64,000 nt of DNA from Octopus sinensis. Lineage: Eukaryota. The translations under genes and the position numbers were made by a program. Shown here piece after piece: positions 36,672 through 49,916 of this stretch (the first letter of the stretch is position 1; the number at the start of each line of letters is the position of its first letter). The notes below the pieces were generated by a model, which was given only the letters and a program-made list of their open reading frames with translations, did not search any database and was not told the origin of the DNA. Location of the stretch: assembly GCF_006345805.1 (NCBI RefSeq), contig NC_042999.1:127286001-127350000 (forward strand), in the 5' to 3' direction.

Positions 36672-38990
36672 AGTTTTATTTTTATAGCGTGCTTTCACTT
36701 CACTACCGAGCACAGCTCTGTGTGCCTTGGGTATGTGCTGTGATTTGTTGTGATGCTCTGATGGTTATTGTATGGAAAGTGTTCTGCGTAGGATGTGTGC
36801 AGTGCCTAATAGTGCAATTTTCTGTATGTTATATGTGTTTGTAAGTCCTGGTGTTTTTGTTATGTATTTGTCTGAATATTTTTTTATCATTGATCGATTT
36901 CCATTGATCGATTTCGAGGATCAGAATCGAAATCGATCAATGGAAATCGATCAATGGAAATTGCAGATGTGTTACCAGTGCCGGTGTTACCAGTGCCGGT
37001 GGCATGTAAGAGAACTTTCCATTTCGCGACCGTTGCCAGCACTGCCCCGTTTCGTGTCCGTTGCCAGCCTCGCCTGGCCCTCGTGCCGGTGGCACATAAA
37101 AAGCACCATCCGTTCGTGGCCGTTTGCCAGCTCTGTCTGGCACCAGTGCGGGTGGCACGTAAAAAGCACCCACTACACTCACGGAGTGGTTGGCGTTAGG
37201 AAGGGCATCCAGCCGTAGAAACACTGCCAGATTTGACTGGGCCTGATGAAGCCTTCTGGCTTCACAGACCCCAGTAGAACCGTCCAATCCATGCTAGCAT
37301 GGAAAACGGACGCTAAACGACGATGATGATGATGATGATGATGATGCCTAATGCACCTACTATGATAGGAATTGTTTCTGTTTTCAGGTTCCACATTCTA
37401 GTTATCTCTATTTCCAGGTCTTTGTATTTTGAGAGTTTCTCCATTTCTTTTAGAGACACGTTGTCATCTGCCGGTATTGATACATCAATTAGAAAGCATT
37501 TTTTTCTTCATGATCTCTGACAACTATATCTGGTCTGTTGGCCTTAATTTCTCTATCTGTGTGTATCGGCATATCCCAGAGTATGGTGCTTTCTCGTTTT
37601 CTGTGACCTTTTCTGGTGTGTGCCTATACCATCTTTTTTCTGTTGTTATTCCATAATGTTGGCATAGCTTCCAATGTATGTAGGTTCCAACTCTGTCATG
37701 TCTGTGAATATATTCCTTCTTAGCCAGGACTGGGCAGCTAGAGATAATATGATTTATTGTTTCTTGTCCATCTCCACATATTCTGCAGTTACTTGTAATA
37801 TTTCTTTTCATTACATGTTTTTGGTAATTTCTGGTGGGGAGGCTTTGGTCTTGTGCTGCAATTAAAAATCCCTCTGTTTCTGCTTTGAGTCCTGAGCTTC
37901 TCAACCATTGCTGGGATTTTTCTTTGTCTATTTCTTTTGCGTTTAGTTTAGTGCAGTATTTACCATGAAGGGGCTTTTCTTGCCATCGTTTTATCATGGC
38001 TCGTTGCTGTTCTATTTTTAGTTTGGATTTCATTTGTTTTATAGCTTTTGTTGTTTCTTCATCATCTTCTTCTTCTTCTTTGTGTTTATTAGGTGGTATG
38101 ATTTCTTGTTTGTATTTGTCAGCTTCCTTAAATACTGAGAACAGTTTTTTGTTTTGCTCGTGTTTTGCTGCTATCTGGATCAGTTTTCCTTCCTTCTGAA
38201 GTAGGTATTTTTGCAGTCCTATGGTGGTTATTTTATAGTAGTTTTCCAGCTGTATAAGGCCTCTACCACCTTCTATACGTTGTATATATAGTCTTTCTAT
38301 GTCAGATTTTGGGTGATGCATCCTAGATCCTGTCAGTATTTTTCTTGTTTTCCTATCTATTTTGGACAGTTCATTTTGTGTCCAGTTAAGGATATTGTAG
38401 CTGTAACTTATAACTGGGACAGCTAAAGTGTTGATACCTATTATCTTGTTTTTAGCATTGAGCTCTGTTTTTAGTATTGATCTAACTCGTCTATAATATT
38501 CTTTTTTTATTTTCTCTTTCATTTGTGTGTGTTGTGTCTTATCTAGTTCATGGATTCCTAAGTATTTGTAAGTTTGGCTTTTGTCTAATTCTTTTATTTC
38601 ATTGGTTTTATCTAGTGTGATGTTGTTACTCTTAACTAGTTTTCCTCTTTTCATGGTTACTTTGGCGCATTTTTCTAATCCAAATTTCATATCTATTTCT
38701 TTGGTAAATCCATGAACTGTCTTTAATAGTGTTTCCAGCTGTTTGTCATTTGCAGCGTATAGTTTTAGGTCATCCATATATAAAAGGTGGCTGATCGTTT
38801 TGCCGTAACATTTATATCCGCATCCAGTTCTATTTAGCATATCAGATAGAGGTGACAGTGCCAAGCAGAAAAGGAGTGGAGAGAGCGTGTCTCCCTGGAA
38901 TATTCCTCTTCTAATGGGGATGTCTTTGGTTTTCATGAGTCCCTCTTTTGTTTGGAGGTGTAGGACTGTTTGCCATTTATTCATAGAGTG
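36672..38990 (-). mobile_element. 5'-truncated R4/Dong-clade LINE (RT, CCHC finger, restriction-like endonuclease), interrupted by an RTE tail
   Basis: 486-aa ORF 37524-38984 with RGIFQGDTLSPLLF, HLLYMDDLKL, YKYLG, CRIC..ETINHIISSC, RHDRV; after a frameshift [27 protein letters not shown], resuming at 36890 MIKK..ALLGTAHILRRTL; flanked by (TAA)n. Confidence 0.93.
36891..37345 (+). mobile_element. RTE 3'-end insertion nested in the R4/Dong ORF
   Basis: Shared 3' UTR and (GAT)n tail; splits the host at GALG|MIKK. Confidence 0.9.
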
Positions 38991-39238
38991 CTTATTATTA
39001 TTATTATTATTATTGAGTGAGAGAACAGTGAATTATTCAAACCCCAAAGAATATTTCTCAACACATGCCTATGATGCTCCCCCACTACTTCTGCTTGCGA
39101 TCAGAGATGCACATATCGTCAGCCACTAAGAGACATGCTCAACTGGTTATGGTCAAACAACTGACAAGCAATCTGTGGTATTGAGCAGAATATTTGCTGT
39201 AGCCCATCTTTTATACAAGACAATTATTATTATTATTA

Positions 39239-39269
<31 letters not shown>

Positions 39270-39817
39270 GTGGGTTTTTCTTCTTTCAAATTTGCTTCCA
39301 TTTCTTGCCAAGTGTCTTCCCGACTCCTAGGGCAAAGAAACTCATAGTATACATTGGTAGGCCATTAAACTAAACTCACTAATTCGTTCATTTTTTTTTT
39401 TTTGATAGAAATAAAGTTAAATTAAAATACATGGGTAGTAATAGTTCTCACATCGACAATGCTCTTCTCAATACGTGTGATGTACCAGTTAAGACAATCT
39501 TTTGCACTTCTTGCAGGGATGGTAAGCCAGGGATCATTCTCATATAATTTTCGGTTCCCTTCTTGATCATTCCTAGTGCTCCTACGATCAGTGGTATTGT
39601 AACCGCCTTGAGATGCCACATTTTCTCAATTTCAATGAGCAGCTCTTTATATTTTCTGAGCTTGTCAAATTCTTTCGCCGAGATATTATGATCACAGGGG
39701 ATGGTCATGTCGATCAATAAGCAAACTTTATTGTTTAGGTCTTTCACAACAATATCCGGTTTATTGGCTTTGATGGTTCGGTCTGTATGTACTGGAAAGT
39801 CCCACAGAATTGTTACA
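39270..39817 (-). mobile_element. R4/Dong LINE 3' fragment (second subfamily)
   Basis: VTILWDFPVHTDRTIKANKPDIVVKD..LIDMTIPCD..KLRKYKEL..IPLIVGALG; (TAA)n tail. Confidence 0.9.
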
Positions 39818-39984
39818 TTGTTGTTGTTGTTGTTGTTGTTGTTGTCGTCGTCGTCGTCGTCGTTGTTGTTGTTGTTGTTGTTGTTGTTATTATTTAGTAC
39901 AGTCTGATTCAGCTCCATGCAACTTAAAGTTTTGAATGACTTCTTGCAGAAACCTATTTCATTAAGGCTCAGTTAACCGAATGG

Positions 39985-40198
39985 AGCAAACACAGACACA
40001 AAGCCACACACACACACACACTCACATATGTAGACAGGTTTCTTTCAGCTTCTTTCTAACAAGATCCACTCACAAGGCTTTGATTGGTCCAAGGCTACAT
40101 AGTAGAAGATACTTGACCATGGTGCCAAGCAGTGTTACTGAACCTTAAATCATGTAGTTGGGAACCAAGCTTCTTACCACACAGTCACACCTATGCCT
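39985..40198 (-). mobile_element. SINE type A 5' portion
   Basis: Minus strand GGCATAGGTGTGACTGTGTGGTAAGAAGCTTGG...GGTTCAG. Confidence 0.8.
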
Positions 40199-40203
40199 GT
40201 TAT

Positions 40204-40251
40204 AAAAAAATATGGAACATTTTATGAATTTGCATGTCATCCTTGGGCAGG
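40204..40251 (-). pseudogene. U6: U6 snRNA 3'-half retrocopy fragment
   Basis: Minus strand CCTGCCCAAGGATGACATGCAAATTCATAAAATGTTCCATATTTTTTT vs U6 CCTGCGCAAGGATGACACGCAAATTCGTGAAGCGTTCCATATTTTT. Confidence 0.85.
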
Positions 40252-43069
40252 ATGTATATATACAGTGAAAGAAGATTTTGAAGACTGGCAATTATCTGTT
40301 GTTTTTAATAATATTCAAAGCATATATGACATGAAAATTCCTCTATACCTTCGTTAAGTACAATAATCTAATGTAGGTTAACCTCCTAGATGATTTAGGT
40401 TTTTCTTCTTAAAAAACACAACAAACTAGTTGACTTGAAGTAAATAGTTGTTCATGCTTTAGCCAAGGACACATTGCAATGAATGTGGTATAATATGAAC
40501 TCAGAAATGAACTGAACCTAGTTTTAGTGACTCAGATCACTATTTTACTTCCTAAAAAGAAAGCTGGCCATCAAGACAGTGTATTAGTTTTCACTGTAGT
40601 GAACTCAACAAAAAATTAACAAATGTTCTCTGTGTATTTCAATAGTTGTATTTAAAATTTCACGGATTAATGTTAACCACATCCTACCATTTTTCTGTTT
40701 ATTTTGGTTAGTTATAGTTGTTACTGACCTATAACTGAAAGGCATGACCCCCTCTTACTTTTTTTTTGTCAGTCAAATAAAGTTGTAGCTCAATGATTTA
40801 CATATCTATTTTTAATACATTTTGACAGATTCAAGCATGAATATGCTAATCATTACTGTGCATGTCACAGTAGAACAGTTTCCACCTTATGAGAAATAAA
40901 TGTTCATAGCACACATAATTTATCAGTATGAGGGACTCTTGGACACCAGTCTTTTGATATGTTGTGTCATCAGCCAGGAGCATCTTCAGACCAAAGAATC
41001 TAACAAGAGCCTATGGTCTTGTTCATAATTTCAGAAAAACAAACTGTTCACTGATCCATGCTGATATCTGCCAACCAATAATAAAACATCATATGCACAG
41101 TGAATGGCTGTTGTAGTTAATCTATATTTAGGATTGTCATGAAGTTACTTTGTCACCAATGTTGCATGGGAACTGATTGCCATTGTTGTGGTGGTTGCTT
41201 GTTGGTGTGTATTGCATCGATGACTAAAAGGTGAAATTGGTGTATATCTAAAGAAGTTTTATTCACTGGAAAAGTTGCTTTGAGGTGTGAAAACCAAATG
41301 AGAGGATCCCCAGTGAATGGAGGAGAAGCAAAGGATAAAGAGGCCTGAATTGTTGGGCTACCACTAAAGAAAATGATGGAACAGGTGAAATTGCCTTATT
41401 TAAGGCGTAAGTTATTTGGAATCATTCAAATGCAGAAGATATAAAAGATATTAAATGCCGGTTATTACCGCAAACTCAGGAAGGTTCTAGATAATATACA
41501 CTCAAAAATCATGCATTTGAAAGTAGAAGAAACATTGCTCAGCATTGAAAAGTTGATTTAACAGCTATTTTGTGTGGATGAAAATTTTGTGGATGAAAAA
41601 ATATGTCTAACACATTAATAGATGCCCCCATTAGTGCATCAATTTTGTAGATCAAAAGGTGGGGTTTGCAGTAGTAAAAGTTATGAGCTTTCAGCATCTG
41701 CCTCTTTTATCTTATTTGCTGTTTCTCTGCCTTTGTCTCATATCCATTGCTACACTGGAAAGATAGTTTTTGCGAGACTGATGAGTTGGGTCACCATTGT
41801 TGTGGCTTTTGCTGGCCTTTTCTTGTGCCAAGTGTTACCAATATTGTGAAGATGCTTTGTTCCCAATGTCGTGTGAGGAATTAGTCACCATTGTTGTGAT
41901 AGTTGCTTGTTCGTGTGTGTTGGATTGATAACCATTGTCATGCTGTCTTGTATAATAAATGAAGCAAACTCACAAACTTTGAATTTTTAACTAATTTATT
42001 GTTGGACATGATTTACAACATTGACTGTTTACAAAAGAAAGATGTTCATAATATAACCACTAACTGGGAGGAAAGAACTGCACTGTCTTGTTAAAGGCTT
42101 CCTGTGGTACATCGAGCATGAATGTCTGAAGTTGGTTCATGCTCAAGGTGTCTGTCTGAGTACCTGAGTTGGTCTACCCGGGTGCCTGATGTGGTTTGTT
42201 TGAGTGCCCAAGGTGAGCTGGTCTTAGCAGTCGGCCAGTGAGTGCTCAAGGTGGTCTCACCAAATGTTCTTTTTGGTGGGAAAAGGAGACGAATTTTAGA
42301 TCATGGTGGGAAACGGGGAATTCACACTGATTAGTTGGTTTATAGATCAATCGCAAGATTTCTAACTGAATATCTTGTGGTTGGATTTCAAATATCAATA
42401 GGATCATAATATTCAATTATCCTTTCTTCTTTATTTAAGGCTCTAGGGTCTGATATAAAGGAGATTTGGGAATTATTTCAGGCAGCTTGATTATCTCTCT
42501 TCTCTGAGATAGTATGATCTCATAAGGTCTTAATTTATCTATATTGAACAGAAGAAAGAAAGGCTTCATACTGAAAATATTTTATTCTATTTTATAATTT
42601 TATTGGTGGTATATTATGTATGTGGAGGCCCTTGGTTTAATGGTTAGGCTGTTCCACTCATAATCATGAGATTGTGGTTTCAATTCCTTGACTGGTTGAT
42701 GTGTTGTGTTCTTGAGCAAAACACTTCATTGCACATTGCTCCAGTCCACTCAGCTGACAAAAATGAGTAATTTTGCAATGAACCAGCATCTTGTCCAGGG
42801 GTGGGGGAATATGTATACACCACAGAATCCAGGAGCCTACAACACAGGAAGGACCTTTGATCCTGTTTATATTATATATAATGCAGTATAGTGTTGACTG
42901 GTTCCAGTCTTTTATGGTCTCTAAAGTTTAGTTTATCCTTATACTATGATAAAAGACATTTATTCAAGATGCCATGCAGCAGGATCAAACCTGGGACCTG
43001 ATGTTTACATAGAAAACATCTTACCACAGCCTAACAGGTCCATTGCTTCCCCACCTGTGTGTGTGTGCG

Positions 43070-43104
<35 letters not shown>

Positions 43105-43724
43105 TGCACTCAATAATTCCATTCAAAAGTTGACTGACAAAGAAGGATATGTGTTACATGGCTACAATTGACCCTAATATTTCCATACTGGCAATTTCAT
43201 TTTTTTTTCCCTGTTATAGAACTTTTAATATTATCATCTAATACTCATGGTTAGAATATTAGCATTGTCTGCTTCCCTATATATTTGAATCAATATTAAA
43301 TCTATTTTTCCACACACTCATGAAATGAACAAATAATTTCTTTATGACACCTTGTTTTTGAACTTTTATTTTTGTAATTTTTTATTGGATACTGTTTTTG
43401 ACACCAGTTACTGGAACTATTTGAGCATGTAGTAATAAAGAAGACTCTATGGGACCACTCAGCTTGTTAGAAATAGCTGCAAAAATCTGTCTCAAATATG
43501 TCCTTGGATATAATCCATCACCTGATTTTACGCCACCACTTTAGGTGCCTTTAGCAGAGTTAACTTTCTTGTAAATGGCTGTGTTTTGAGGATAACTTCT
43601 TTCTTTCTTCCCACAAGTCTCTGAAACCCTGAAAAAAATAAAGGATCATGAGTACTGACCTTCTCTCCTTAACTAAACTGTAAAAATACCTTACTGTCTT
43701 AAAAAAAGGAAGAATTCATTAGAT

Positions 43725-44023
43725 CAGTGATTCCCAACATGGGTGTACTCCCCACTGGTGGGGCCTAGGAAAATTGTGTTGGAGAATGGTACCAGAGTTG
43801 CCAGGCATAAAGTTCTCATTAAAGTAATTCACATTATTTTTCTTAGTCAATGTACTTTTTTGTACTCAGGACTTAATAAAAGAGTTACCAGTAGATTCTT
43901 TTGTAATAAATAATTGTGGTAAAATATTAAAGACAAAGTTGCTTTTTTCCAGCCACAGGTGGGACATATATTTTTCTTGAAAGTTATAGTGAGACCTGGA
44001 GGAAAACAGGTTGGGAAACACTG
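43725..44023. mobile_element. hAT-family MITE
   Basis: TIRs CAGTGATTCCCAAC / GTTGGGAAACACTG; perfect 8-bp TSD CATTAGAT (43717-43724 and 44024-44031). Confidence 0.9.
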
Positions 44024-46719
44024 CATTAGATGATATAGTTCTGTATTCATGATAATGAAAGTAACAGCCATGACTGGAAAGGATTTTGGTCGTGGATAAA
44101 ATCTCTCTGGGCAGACCTGGGATCCACCCAGTAATGACATAACTGGGCTGAGGACATTCATCATGTCACCAGCAGCAGTGACACTGACGTTGTCTTCTCT
44201 GGTTTAAAGGTTTTCTCTATATTGTGCCTTAAATGTATGTAACAAAATCTGCTTTTAAATAAAGTTACATTCAGTAAACTTTAGTATGTTGTATTTATTC
44301 TTGAGTCTTTTATAAAAGACATTCTAATGTATTTTATAATTGAAAGAACATAAAGTTGGAGCAACAAAAGAGACTGGAGTGAGTAGAAATACAATGCAAT
44401 ATGGGGTAATAAAGAGATGGAGAGCTCAGAAATAGATGAAGACAGTTTCTGATATTCATTTGTTACAGAAGGAACAATGTCAGGATTGAAGTCATATAAT
44501 ATTTGGTTTAAATTCTATTGGAATATTTTCCAGAACCATAGAAACTAGATAATTTCCTGCACAGCAGAACTGGTTTTCTAAAATTAGCTATGGCTATTTT
44601 CTTCCATATCACAATCATTATTTCATTCTATCACAATCGTCCTCTGTGTCATCAGTATTGGTTTTGTGTCAACACAACACACAGGTCGTTGAAAGCAGTG
44701 TTAATCATATTTTCAGAAACTCAACAACTGTTGCAAGCTTGCAAGACATCAACTTCATTGAAAGATGGTCTAAATGATGATGATGATAGTAACGGCTATA
44801 ATAACGATAACAACAACAACGATAATGTTTTCTTCATCAAAAACATCAAGGATGGAACAGGATGATACAGTGTAAGATTACACAAAAAAGTATGTAAACA
44901 GAGAAAATAACAGAAACCAAACAAAAGGAAAACAAAAAAATTCAAATGTAGAATAATTGCTCAAATGAGAGGAGGCCATCAATGGCTACTCCTGGAAACC
45001 CTGCAAAACCACAGTCACCCTGATACTACAGGTGTTCTCTCCCAATTGGCCACCTCCAATCTACTGGTGCATGCTTAGAGCAAGCCCATTCATTCAGATC
45101 TATACTTGCCACTCATCTGCCTTTCAACAAATTTCTTATTCACCTTTCAGTCAATAATAATATTGACAATGATAATGTTTTCTCTATTCAACACTAAAGG
45201 TTCACAAAAAAATAACAGGACAATACAATGTGGGGTTACATAAATCAAATCATGTAAATAGTAAAAAGCAATAACAATGTAAATTTTAACAAACATTCCC
45301 CAAAAGAGGGAGACTTCCTAGGGCTGCTCATGGCAACCCTACAAAACCACAGTCCCCCTGATCACTAAGGTAATGGCCCTCTCCACACTATCTTCCTTCA
45401 ACCCACAGGCACATATTTAAAGTAGGCCCATTCACTTAACCTGTCTTACCACATTCATCACCGTGGTCTTTATCCAAGGATCTTCTGTTGTTGTCATTGC
45501 TTCTGCTGCTGTTTACTATGACTGTCCTATCTTTTGCTTCTCTACCTCTTGAGAGGAAGGCCTCACATGGTTCTTACTCCCTCACATGTAGCAACTGGGT
45601 ATTTTGCACTGTATTATCAGTCTCATTAATTTCCTCTCCACTCCCTCAATGGGGAATAACTTTGAGATAGCCATACAGGTTTCATCACATTGTCCTTGAC
45701 CTTAAAGACCAAGTACACTCTTCTACATTCTTTATTCTGGTCAATAAAACATGCATCTTCTGTCACACATTAGCCAGAACTGCTTCCAACTCCTCTTTCA
45801 AAGACATATAGAAGTCCTCACCAACTTTTGAAAAACAGAGATAAATTACTTTCCCCTCTACTCTTTTTGGAGTAAATTTTTTAAGCAAAGAGGCATTCTC
45901 TTTCCCAACATATCTTTTCCATTTATTTCTTCTTTTGCTTAGAATTGACCTATGCTTAGTATTTCTTCTTGGCTCACAGAAAGTTAGTAAACGAGTTGCA
46001 GTTGTAGCTGTTGTTGTTGTTCATTGTTTGGCACTTTTGTTATTGTCATCTAAATTTGCATCACCATCACTTTTTTATTTTCTGCTTTTCAAATTGTAAC
46101 AATTTGTGTTTACAACTTTGTCTTTATTTAATAGTAATTTTTCTGCTTTTCTGTTTTTTGACTTCAACTACATGTAGTCAGCACCTCCAGAAGAGAAATA
46201 TAAATTCTGAATTTAGCTGCTCAGGATCTATGTTTAATCCTAAATTATAATAAAAACAAAATAATGAAAATAGAAGTAGGCACTAAGTGCATACGATACA
46301 ATTAAGTACACTGAGGCAATTAACCAATATCCTTTCTGGCTACTCAGTCCTGGCAAAATCCAAGAAAATCTGCAGGCATAATTGAGTCAATAACTATGTC
46401 CATTGAGCAATATGCAGACACTTAGACATAAAACTGATAAGAAATGGTATAAACATGAAACAATGCACAATAACTGGGACATGCCTGTTCAGACTGACAA
46501 GGAAATCTAGGTAAATCAACCAGATATAATTACCAAGGTCAATGATAAAAAAAATCTATGTACTTTAACAGATGTATGTATGGATCCTCTTTGATTAAAG
46601 CATAATCTAAAAAGAGGTGAAGAGAAAGTCAAAGTTCAAAGATTTTAAATTCATTTGAAATAAGAAGGATATGAGGCATGAAAGTGAAAACATAACAAAC
46701 ATAATTAGAGCACTATGTA

Positions 46720-47285
46720 TTGGGTTGTCCGGAAAGTTCGTGCCGATTTATAGCAGCTTACATTTCGACTTATTTGAGAACATGGTTGAGTCCATAAAAT
46801 AGGATTTGACTACACCTCCACTTAGAGCTCAGTTTAAGCTATCTTTTCATGGAAGAAGGTTTATGTTTCTATAAATTGTGTTAATTCTGTAACTCTTTAA
46901 AATGGAAGATAAGTAAGTTCATTTTCGGCACTTGATGCTTTGGGAACCAGACAAAAATTGCTGCAGCTCAGCTGGGATGTGTTACCCCAGCCTCCATATT
47001 CACCAGATATTGCTCCTTCAGATTTCCACTTATTCAGGTCTCTGCAGAATAGTCTTAATGGTAAAAATTTCAATTCTTTGGATGATGTAAAAAGATACCT
47101 TGATGAATTCTTTGCCATGAAACCACCTCAATTCTGTGAAGAGGGTATTTTCAAGTTAAAGGAAAGATGGAGATGTATTGTGCAACAAAATGGTTCATAT
47201 TTGGTTGATTAAAAATGTAATGGCAAGTATTTATTGACCTTTTTCTTGCCTTTAAAAATCGGCATGAACTTTCCGGACAACCCAA
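46720..47285 (+). mobile_element. Internally deleted mariner element
   Basis: ~30-bp TIRs TTGGGTTGTCCGGAAAGTTC.TGCCGATTT, TA TSD, transposase C-terminus WDVLPQPPYSPDIAPSDFHLF; sits in an old R4-like remnant (WDMPVQTDKEI at ~46475). Confidence 0.95.
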
Positions 47286-48914
47286 TATATTAACAAAGTA
47301 TATAAACAAAGACTTAAAACCATACAAGGTTCACTATTTAATACACAGTCTAAAGAAATAATTTAACATACTCTATAGAATAATCATTAACTAAAACGAC
47401 TCAACATACACTCTATATAATCCCCAACCAGCAAAATAACAACACACTCCAATCATACCATCTGCAGAATCCTCATGTAATTACTTGACATGTTAAAATA
47501 GCAGTCAAATCTCCCTCATATCACACCCTGCTGGAGTCTTTGGAAAGAAGTTATATATTGGATTGGGAAGGATAATAATAGCTGTAATATCTTCCATTAT
47601 AGATCTTCTAAATCAGGACTGACCTGAAGGTTAAATAGTGACTGACAACAACGTGTTGTATACACCTCTAACACAACTCACATTCTACTCATTTGCCACT
47701 CAATAATAAAACATAATACACACAACCCACACAGTGTAACAACACAATCTAAACATACAATCACTTCCTGACACTAAAACACATAACACAAATCATGCAA
47801 CATATATGAACCAAAAACATCATCTAACAAAACATTAAAACTTACAACAAATAGGCAGAACACTAGAGTAACGCAAGAAACAATAAATCAAACTTCACAT
47901 TAAAACAAAAAATGACTGAGCATCCTGAGTCAGAGACAACAATTATTGTTCCTATCTAAAGACTTCAATATTGGTCAATATATGCAAAGGACTATCAGGC
48001 TGATATTAAATTTATTACAAGCTGGCAAAACAGCAAGAATCAAAGGAATGGGGAGTATATTCTTAACATGTTTTAATAGACTTTGACATTAGTACGCTTT
48101 TCATTGTTGGATATCATTCTTTGAATACAACTTCACTCTTTGGACAATGTGTGTTCACAATACATGTACTTCAGTGACATAACAGACGCTGAAACACAGG
48201 TGGTTTTAGTATGATTGTTCCTCCTCAGTTAGAGACACCATCTTGAACTCTGAAGTTAGACAAGAATAATTGCTTTTATCTTCAGAATTCATCAAAGAAA
48301 ATATTTGTTAATGCATGGTTAGGCCTGCCAAGCTGATATTAAATTATTACCAGTACACAAAACTGAGAATCAAAACAAAAATGTGTATATTAATTTTTAA
48401 TGTATTCCAGTAGTAAAATGATAAATAAAGATAAACTAATCCTATTCCCAGCTGACCAGAACTAATCCTATTCCCAGATGGGCCAGAACATTCTTATAGC
48501 AAAATTTATATAATTGTTCAGCATTTCTTATGACATAATGCTCCTCTAGTGAGGTCTCCTTGTTTCAATAAGGTGTGATTAAAAGAAGATTTGACTCCCA
48601 TGATCAAGCATCAATGTAAAGGCTCTCTCCCTTTTTTTTCTCTTTCTCTCTTTATCTCCCTTCCCACCTCTCCCTCATCATTAGCTTGACTATTTAAAAA
48701 AGAATTTCACTGGAGACTAGCATTTAGAAAATATATTGACATCATTATTTATTAAAAAAACAGCTAAAGTCAAGTGCAACTGCTCTTATTTCAAATGTTT
48801 TTGAAGATGATATTCAGCAAAAGGTCACAAGGATTTGGGGTTTTACAATTAGGCTATATGGATATTCAATGTTGCACTTTAAACAAGGAATATTACATAT
48901 ATATTCATATTTAT

Positions 48915-49073
48915 ATAGGTGTGGCTGTGTGATAAGAAGTTTGTTTCCCAACTACATAGTTCCAGGTTCAGTTTCCCTGCATAGCACCTTGTGCTAGTAT
49001 CTTCTACTATAGCTCCAGTCCAACCAAAGCCTTGTGAGTGGATTTGGTAGATAGAAAGTGAAAGAAGCCTATT

Positions 49074-49106
<33 letters not shown>

Positions 49107-49325
49107 TGCATGCATGTATGCATGTCTCTTTGACATCATATCATACAAGCAGTGCCCTTTATTTCCAATTTTCCATGAAAACATATCTGGTCATGGGGAA
49201 GTATTGCCTCTCTTGGAAACAGGTGAAAGTTGGAGACAGGAAAGGCATCTGGCTGTAGAAAATCTGCTTCAACAACTTTTAGCCAGTCCATACAAGTATG
49301 GAAAAGTGGATATTGAAATGATGAT
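48915..49325 (+). mobile_element. SINE type A variant with RTE-like tail; similar copy at 57650-58110
   Basis: tRNA-like head; tail GGAAAGGCATCTGGCTGTAGAAAA...TATGGAAAAGTGGATATTGAAATGATGATG resembles the RTE 3' end. Confidence 0.75.
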
Positions 49326-49410
49326 GAGGAGGAGGAGGAGGAGCAGGAGGAGGAGAAAGGTTATTTTATATATAAATGTATGTATGTATGTATGTATGTA
49401 TGTATGTATG

Positions 49411-49633
49411 TATGAGGGGGTGCTGAAGAGTTCCTGGCTTTGGGTAAAAGAAAATACAGGAGGATCAGTTAATTAGGATTTTATTTACTATATAATCCTC
49501 ACAGATTCACACACACTAATTGTAGCAGACCCTTAGTTTTTCTAAGCTCTGTAAAAGAACTCGGAATGTTAAGCCTCTGACCAGGCCTTTCGCAATACCC
49601 TTAAAGACAGGAACTTTTCAGCTCCTTGTCTTA
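49411..49633. mobile_element. Mariner-type MITE; partial copy at 30700-30828
   Basis: TATGAGGGGGTGCTGAAGAGTTCCTGGCTTT ... AAAGACAGGAACTTTTCAGC inverted ends. Confidence 0.6.
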
Positions 49634-49679
49634 TGTACATGTGTGTGTATGTATGTGTGTGTGTGCATGCATGCATGTT

Positions 49680-49916
49680 GTGATATGTAAAAGGCACCCC
49701 TGATGGTGGCACACAAAAGGCACCTGTACCAGTGACATGAAAAGGTACATGTGCTGATGATACGTTAAAGGCACCCTTGCCAGTGACATGTGAAAGATAC
49801 CCAATATACTCTATGGAGTGGTTGGTGTTAGGGAGGGCATCCAGCTTTAGAAACCAGGCCAAAACAGACTGGAGCCTGGTGCAGCTCTGGAAAACAGATG
49901 CTAAGTGATGATGATG
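49680..49916 (+). mobile_element. Diverged RTE 3'-end fragment
   Basis: GGAGTGGTTGGTGTTAGGGAGGGCATCCAGC, (GAT)n. Confidence 0.7.

Noticed and set aside
37524-38984. Active retrotransposon or host CDS
   Set aside because: 5'-truncated within the RT, frameshifted near 37585 and interrupted by a nested insertion
40204-40251. Functional U6 gene
   Set aside because: Only the 3' half is present, it lacks the ACAGAGA box and has several substitutions
41150-41940. LTR pair from similar ~75-bp blocks at ~41150 and ~41860
   Set aside because: Short and diverged, with no TG..CA ends, PBS/PPT or internal coding remnants visible
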